A DNA stretch of 64,000 bases from an uncultured Planctomycetota bacterium (lineage in GTDB: Bacteria > Planctomycetota > Planctomycetia > Isosphaerales > Isosphaeraceae). The stretch covers positions 256,001 to 320,000 of the forward strand of contig CAWJTV010000020.1 in assembly GCA_963845755.1 (NCBI GenBank). The letters are read 5' to 3'. Numbering within the stretch: the stretch's first letter is position 1; every line of letters begins with the position of its first letter. The notes beneath the pieces are model-generated. The model searched no databases and had not been told where the DNA came from. It worked only from the letters and a program-made list of their open reading frames with translations. Position numbers and translations under genes: made by a program. Below, piece by piece: positions 58,294-64,000 of the stretch.

Positions 58294-58690
58294 CGATCGC
58301 CCCTTCCTCTCAAGTTCGAGCGGCCCACGACCAGTTTACATTCAGGACGACATTGATGTAGATATTAAAATCTATTATTTATTATATTGACACCGATGGA
58401 TTCGAGGTGAGGGCGCTTGACGGTTAGCTCCCACACGGCTCATACGAGCCCGACGCGCCAATGAGTGGATGGATGATGCCATGGCAGAACTCACTCGATG
58501 GCGATTCGGGCACTTATTCAATCGATTCTGTTATTGTGTGCAGTATGAGCGTTCGGCGCACTCGACCGTCACACCTGTTATTCCACCTGTTCTCAGAAGA
58601 GCGGCGATGGGACCGTGCGTGCACCACGGGAGCGCCGTGTTGGGTGCAAGTCCTCCGTTCGGCGCCCTGATCACGAGGGTGCTCCGTGCT

Positions 58691-59014
58691 TCAGGCTCGT
58701 CCATTCGGCGCACCAGGAGAGCAGAGATCAGTGCAAGGCTCGGGGGCGTCGGCGTCGGCCATCCGGAATCCTTCTCGCGCCGTGGCGGCCGTCACGCCGG
58801 CGTTGACCGCCGAGACCACGTTCACCAGCGCGTTGAGCACGTCGTCGACAATACCGGCCGCCCGCGCCTTCTCGATCCGGTTCCGGGTACAGACCTGGCA
58901 ACCTCGCGTCATGGTCACCGCCAGCCCGACCAGGTGCTTCTCCCGATCGGTCAGCAGCGCTGTCTCGTGCGACTGGCGCACATATCCCACGATCGGCGTA
59001 TCGTCATAGGGCAT
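58691..59014 (-). CDS. Carboxymuconolactone decarboxylase / AhpD-like protein
   Basis: REKHLVGLAVTMTRGCQVC (CxxC)..ARAAG. Confidence 0.8.
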   Translation of the reverse strand: MPYDDTPIVGYVRQSHETALLTDREKHLVGLAVTMTRGCQVCTRNRIEKARAAGIVDDVLNALVNVVSAVNAGVTAATAREGFRMADADAPEPCTDLCSPGAPNGRA

Positions 59015-59060
59015 GAGAGCAACTCCGTTCGGATGATCGCGAGTCGGTCGTAAGTGCGGC

Positions 59061-60593
59061 TCACTTCTTCTTCGCCCAGATTGCGGAGAGGTCTTCGGAA
59101 GCCTGCTGGCGAACGCCGTTGTCGGAGAGGACGTCCTCGGTCGCCTTGAGTGCTTCCTGATGGTCGAAGACGATCGTCTCGGAGGCCCGATCATCGAAGA
59201 CAATCCGGGTGTATTTCTCCTTCGAATTGCGCAGTAGCTCCACCATGTGGCGGATGTTCTTGATGCGGACTCCGTTGATCTCCTTGACCACCTTGTACTG
59301 GGGGCTGTCGTACCCCTGGCCGATCTTGTGCGGGAATTTCGGCGCGGTGACGACGACCAGCTCCTCGCCTTCGAACCGCGGGTAGTCGCCCCGACGTGTG
59401 ATCAGCGGATTGCCCGTGACCGACAGGATCGAGGCATACCGTCCGAACGCCGCGGCGAACTCGCTGGTCACGGGCGAGAAGACCAGCGGGCCGTAGATGA
59501 AGTAAGACGGATACTTCCCCTTGAGCGATTCGATCAGCATCGGGTTGTGTGCCTTGACCGGCATGTCGATCTTGAGGGGCTTTCCCTGACGCACGACGGT
59601 CAGGGGTACCTTCCCGTCCTTGCCCACCTTCTGGATGAAGTACTGGAACCTCAATCGGAGGCTCTCGCTGATCTTGATCATGCCGGTATTGTCGATCTCC
59701 TGCTCGCCGATCTTCGTGATCAGGTCGAACGGCTTGAGCGGGTCCTGGGAATCGCCGGGGGTCGGCGCGTGGACGACCATGCCCTGGGTCTTCCTGTCGA
59801 GGTGGAGGAAGCTGCGCAGGGCGTCGTTCTCGAGGGTCTGGAGCGAGTCATGCATCGCGGGCTTGCCGTCGTAGGTGCCGTCGGCGACATCCTTGAGGAA
59901 GAGATCGATCTCCTCACTTGGGATGATGTAGCCGATGTTGTCGGACTGGGTGAGCTTGCTGAAGATGAGTCCGACCATCCTGCCATCGATCAGGGCGGGG
60001 CCACCGCTGTTACCCGGGTTGATGGCGGCGTCGATCTGGACGCGGACCCCCTGGGCACCTTCACCATAGCCGGTGAACTCGATCCGAGAGACGATCCCCT
60101 TGGTGATCGAGAGGGTCGAGCCGCCCTGCGGGAAGCCGTAGACCAGGACCGTCTCCTTCACTGGGGGAAGGGCCTCGGTGCGCGCCATCGGGGTTCTCTT
60201 GTCGAAGAACGATTCGTCCTCCAGCCTGATCACGGCCAGGTCGATCCCCGGGCTGACTGCCTCGACCCGTGCCGACAGCTTGTCGCTCGATTGATTGCTT
60301 TCGACGTAGAGTTGGGTGGCGTAGGTGACCATATGGGCGTTGGTCAAGATCCGCTTCCCATCGATGACGACTCCCGTACCACTGGCCTCGCTGGGCGCGT
60401 TCTTAGTCCAGGGGCTCGTGAAGTTGGGGTAGCGCATCGTCGCCGTGATCTTCACGACCGAGTTGCGGATCTTCCCTTCCTGCGTGTCGTCTTCTACGGC
60501 CGCCAAGGCCGATCGTGGGACACTCCAGGCCAGTAGCGTAACCGCGACGGCCGCGGCCGTCATCGAAGCCGAGATCATCCGTGGCATGTTCAT
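59061..60593 (-). CDS. Trypsin-like serine protease with PDZ domains (Deg/HtrA-like)
   Basis: ILTNAH, DLAVI, AAINPGNSGGP. Confidence 0.93.
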   Translation of the reverse strand: MNMPRMISASMTAAAVAVTLLAWSVPRSALAAVEDDTQEGKIRNSVVKITATMRYPNFTSPWTKNAPSEASGTGVVIDGKRILTNAHMVTYATQLYVESNQSSDKLSARVEAVSPGIDLAVIRLEDESFFDKRTPMARTEALPPVKETVLVYGFPQGGSTLSITKGIVSRIEFTGYGEGAQGVRVQIDAAINPGNSGGPALIDGRMVGLIFSKLTQSDNIGYIIPSEEIDLFLKDVADGTYDGKPAMHDSLQTLENDALRSFLHLDRKTQGMVVHAPTPGDSQDPLKPFDLITKIGEQEIDNTGMIKISESLRLRFQYFIQKVGKDGKVPLTVVRQGKPLKIDMPVKAHNPMLIESLKGKYPSYFIYGPLVFSPVTSEFAAAFGRYASILSVTGNPLITRRGDYPRFEGEELVVVTAPKFPHKIGQGYDSPQYKVVKEINGVRIKNIRHMVELLRNSKEKYTRIVFDDRASETIVFDHQEALKATEDVLSDNGVRQQASEDLSAIWAKKK

Positions 60594-60870
60594 CGGGGGA
60601 CTCACCTCAATAATTGCCAGACGCCGATTCCCGAACGTCAACGATTAGCCGCCTGGTCGAACGATCGGACCGATGGATCGCAACCATCTTATCCCCATGC
60701 GAGCCGACTGGATAGTACCGTGATGCGCAATGAGGCAGTAGGCTGTGGCAGCCAGCGCTGGCGGGTGAGATAGTAAAGGGCCAGTGATGAACTGCGAAGT
60801 TAGCCCGGCGAGTCTCCATTCCCCGATCGGCCTGCCACCGACTGCCTACCGTTCAGAAGGAGCCGTAGCG

Positions 60871-62649
60871 ATGTCACGACGCGCACTGATCGTTGCCCTG
60901 GGATTGTGTGCGATGCCTGGAGTCCGCGAGGCGATGGCCCAGGAGGCCCCCGCCCGTGGCGGAGGGGCACCGACAACGCCTGCCACGCCGCCACGATACG
61001 CCGATTGGAAGGACAGGGGGACCGGGGGGGCCGTGTCGGCAGGGGGACGCGAGGCGGTCGCCGCCGGCATCGAGATCCTCAAGCGCGGCGGGAACGCGGC
61101 GGATGCGGGAGCGGCCACGATCCTGGCCTTGAGTGTGACCGACGCGCGATCGTTCTGCTTCGGCGGCGAAGTGCCGATCCTCGTCTACGACGCCCAGACC
61201 AAGGGCATCACGGTGATTGCGGGACAGGGCGTCGCGCCCCGACTGGCGACCCGGGAGGAGTTCGTACGTCGTGGCGGAATCCCGCTCCGGGGAATCACGG
61301 CGGCCGCGGTCCCGGCCGCGCTCGACGCCTGCCTGACCCTGCTCGATCGGTTCGGGACGATGACTTTTACCCAGGTCGTCGGGCCCACGCGACAGATCCT
61401 CGCCCGGCCGTCGCGTCGCGAAGCCTGGCACGCCGACTTCATCCGGACGCTCGAAACGCTGATCGCCGCCGAGGCCATGGCCTGTCCTGTCGGCTCACCG
61501 AGTGACCGCTCGCGGGGACTCCGCTTCGTCGCTGACGCGTTCTATCGCGGGTCGATCGCTCACCGCGTCGATGCCTGGTCGCGGGCCAACGGCGGTCTGA
61601 TCCGTTACGTGGATCTCGCGACCCACACGACGCGGATCGAGGAACCGGTCTCCGTCACTTACCGCGGCCACACCGTCTACAAGTGCGGAGTGTGGACCCA
61701 GGGACCTTGCCTGCTCCAGGCTTTGCAGATCCTCGAGGGATTCGACCTCAAGTCCATGGGGCGAGATCAACCCGAGACGATCCACACCATCGTCGAGGCG
61801 ATGAAATTGGCCATGGCCGACCGCGACACCTATTACGCCGATCCCCTGTTCGTCGACGTGCCGCTGGCGGAGCTCCTGATGCCGGATTATGCCGCCAAGC
61901 GTCGCGCGCTGATCGACCCGAAGCATGCGTCCTTGGAACGCAGACCGGGCGATCCCCGCGCGGGTAAAGCGGTCCTCGATCCGTCGGCCGATCCGGCAGC
62001 GCGGCGCCCGGCGCCTCCGGTGGCCGCGGTCCAGGACACGACCACCTGCCTGGTCGCCGATCAAAGCGGCAACATCGTCGCGGCCACGCCCAGCGGCTGG
62101 TCGGGGGTCGTGGCCGGTGACACCGGCGTCTGGCTGGGCAGCCGGCTGCAAAGTCTCAACACCTGGGAGGGTCATCCGGACGTCATCGAACCCGGCAAGC
62201 GGCCGCGAATCACCCTATCGCCGACCATCGTCCTCGATGATGACCAGGACCCCGTGCTGGCCGTCAGCGTCGCCGGGGGCGATAACCAGGACCAGATGAT
62301 CTTGCAGCTTGTGATTGACCATATCGACTTTCGCCTGGGGCCTGCCGACGCGGTCGTCGCACCACGGTTCATGAGCGACCACTTCATCAGCTCGTTCGGC
62401 CAGAAGCCGCCCGCTCTGGGCCAACTCAGGATCAATCCCGAACATGGCCAGGAGCGGCTCGACGCGCTCAAGAAACTGGGCCACAAGCTCGTGGTCCGTT
62501 CGGGACCGCTCAGCGCGGCGCCCTGCGTCATCGGCCTTGAAGAGCTCCAACTGACTGGTCGCATGCTCGACGCCGCAGGCGATCCCCGTGCCGGCCGCCA
62601 TGTGAAATCGTTAGGCGCGTCCCAGGACCACAACCTTGATCACCGTTAG
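60871..62649 (+). CDS. Gamma-glutamyltransferase family protein
   Basis: GGNAADA, KLAMADRD, DTTT nucleophile region, PGKRPRITLSP, DPR. Confidence 0.92.
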   Translation: MSRRALIVALGLCAMPGVREAMAQEAPARGGGAPTTPATPPRYADWKDRGTGGAVSAGGREAVAAGIEILKRGGNAADAGAATILALSVTDARSFCFGGEVPILVYDAQTKGITVIAGQGVAPRLATREEFVRRGGIPLRGITAAAVPAALDACLTLLDRFGTMTFTQVVGPTRQILARPSRREAWHADFIRTLETLIAAEAMACPVGSPSDRSRGLRFVADAFYRGSIAHRVDAWSRANGGLIRYVDLATHTTRIEEPVSVTYRGHTVYKCGVWTQGPCLLQALQILEGFDLKSMGRDQPETIHTIVEAMKLAMADRDTYYADPLFVDVPLAELLMPDYAAKRRALIDPKHASLERRPGDPRAGKAVLDPSADPAARRPAPPVAAVQDTTTCLVADQSGNIVAATPSGWSGVVAGDTGVWLGSRLQSLNTWEGHPDVIEPGKRPRITLSPTIVLDDDQDPVLAVSVAGGDNQDQMILQLVIDHIDFRLGPADAVVAPRFMSDHFISSFGQKPPALGQLRINPEHGQERLDALKKLGHKLVVRSGPLSAAPCVIGLEELQLTGRMLDAAGDPRAGRHVKSLGASQDHNLDHR

Positions 62650-62810
62650 TAACACTGCCACGGCCAAGGTGTCGTCGGCGGGTGCCCGGAGTCGGTTGGG
62701 CCCGATTCCCGGTTCGCACCTGCCCTCAAGCTGGCGATCCAAAGTTCCTCTTCGAGTTCCCGCGGTGCGGGTTGATCCCGCCCCCTCCGACGCACTCACG
62801 GAGCAAGGTC

Positions 62811-64000
62811 ATGCCCTTTCAGGCCTCCGCCTCCCCCTGGTACGCGACCGCCTACCGCCGCGCCGTCATCGACATGCACATCCCCGATTGGGACGATGCG
62901 TTCCTGTCGCGGTTTGACGCCGGCCAGTACGTCGCCATGTTGGTGAAGGCGCGCGCCCAGTCGATCGTCGCTTATGCGATGTCGCACGTCGGGTTGTTCA
63001 ACTACCCGACCAAGGTCGGCCGACAGCACAAGAACCTCAAGGGGCGGAACATCGTCCAGGAGATCCTCGACGGCTGCCATACACGCGGGATCGCCGTGGT
63101 CCTGTACAACAGCCTGATCTTCGACCGCACGACGGCCGACCTCCATCCCGAATGGCGGATGCAGGCCGTTGATGGCAAGCCGCACGGCGGCGGCGGTCGG
63201 CACGGACTGGTCTGCCCGAATTCCCCCTATCGCGAGTACGTCCGCGCCTGGGTCGAGGAAGAATGCCGGCTGTTCGAACCCGAGGGGTTCCGATTCGACA
63301 TGACCTTCTGGCCGTCCGTCTGCTATTGCGATCATTGCAAGAAACGGTTCGCCGACGAAGTCGGCGGCGCGATCCCGACTACCGTGAACTGGCACGACGA
63401 GCGGTGGGTCACCTTCCAGCACCGACGCGAGGCCTGGCTGACCGAGTTTGCCGCAATCCCCACCGGAACCGTACGGAAACTTCGCCCCCGGGCGAGCGTC
63501 GAGCATCAATCGTCAACCTATCCGCTACACTGGCAATTCGGTGTCAATGTCGCCGTTGATCCCGCAGAACGACTTCCTCCAGGGCGATTTCTACGGCGAC
63601 TCGTGGCAGGGGTCGTTCGTCCGTAAGCTGCTGGAGGACCTGACGCCTCATCGTCCGTTCGGGTTCGAGACGAGCTTCTCGGCCGAGCTGGCCGATCACA
63701 CCGCTATGAAGTCCGAGGCGCTCCTGGAAGCCAAGGCGTCGGCGGCCGTGGCCGACAATGCCGCTTTCATCTTCATCGATGCCATCGACCCGATCGGCAC
63801 GCTCAACCCCAGGGTCTACGACCGCATGGGCGGGATCTTCGAGCGGCTGATGCCGTACTACGCCGAGCTGGGCGGCACGCGGGTCGCGGACGTCGCTGTG
63901 TACTACAGCCTCGACTCCAAGTTTGACTTCGCCGGGAACGGGCGGTCCGTGCCAGGCGCCGACACGACTGATGCTCACACCAGGAGCGTCACCTCGGTCA
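62811..64000 (+). CDS. Putative glycoside hydrolase (GHL6 / alpha-L-fucosidase-like); frameshift near 63545; runs off the window
   Basis: IDMHIPDW, YAMSH.G..NYPT, CPNSPY, DMTFW..CYCDHC. Confidence 0.75.

Overview
High-GC DNA with hallmark Planctomycetota (probably Isosphaeraceae-like) gene families: five DUF1559 prepilin-type genes, two planctomycete cytochrome c (DUF1549/DUF1553-type) genes, DUF1501, and a ~2600 aa LExRxLLA surface protein. Many genes are split by apparent single-base frameshifts, most simply read as long-read consensus errors. The most interesting region is ~42-51.5 kb, which looks like a metal (Ni/Co/Cu) acquisition island where pilin-like DUF1559 genes sit in the positions TonB-dependent receptors hold in proteobacterial metal-uptake operons. 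It contains a NikR-like palindrome upstream of DUF1559 / DUF4198-FmdE fusion / lipoprotein, a Cys-rich CruR-like leader upstream of DUF1559 / PepSY-TM, and a NikN (PDGLE)-like remnant absent from the ORF track. Also notable: two paralogous ~131 aa small proteins ending LCRxxC that bracket an MBOAT+SGNH pair in inverted orientation, two orphan DUF1559 3' ends, an internal IS4 fragment with no ends inside a membrane gene, an orphan P-loop NTPase, and several REP/MITE-like repeats. All family calls come from motif recognition by eye; no database searches were run.
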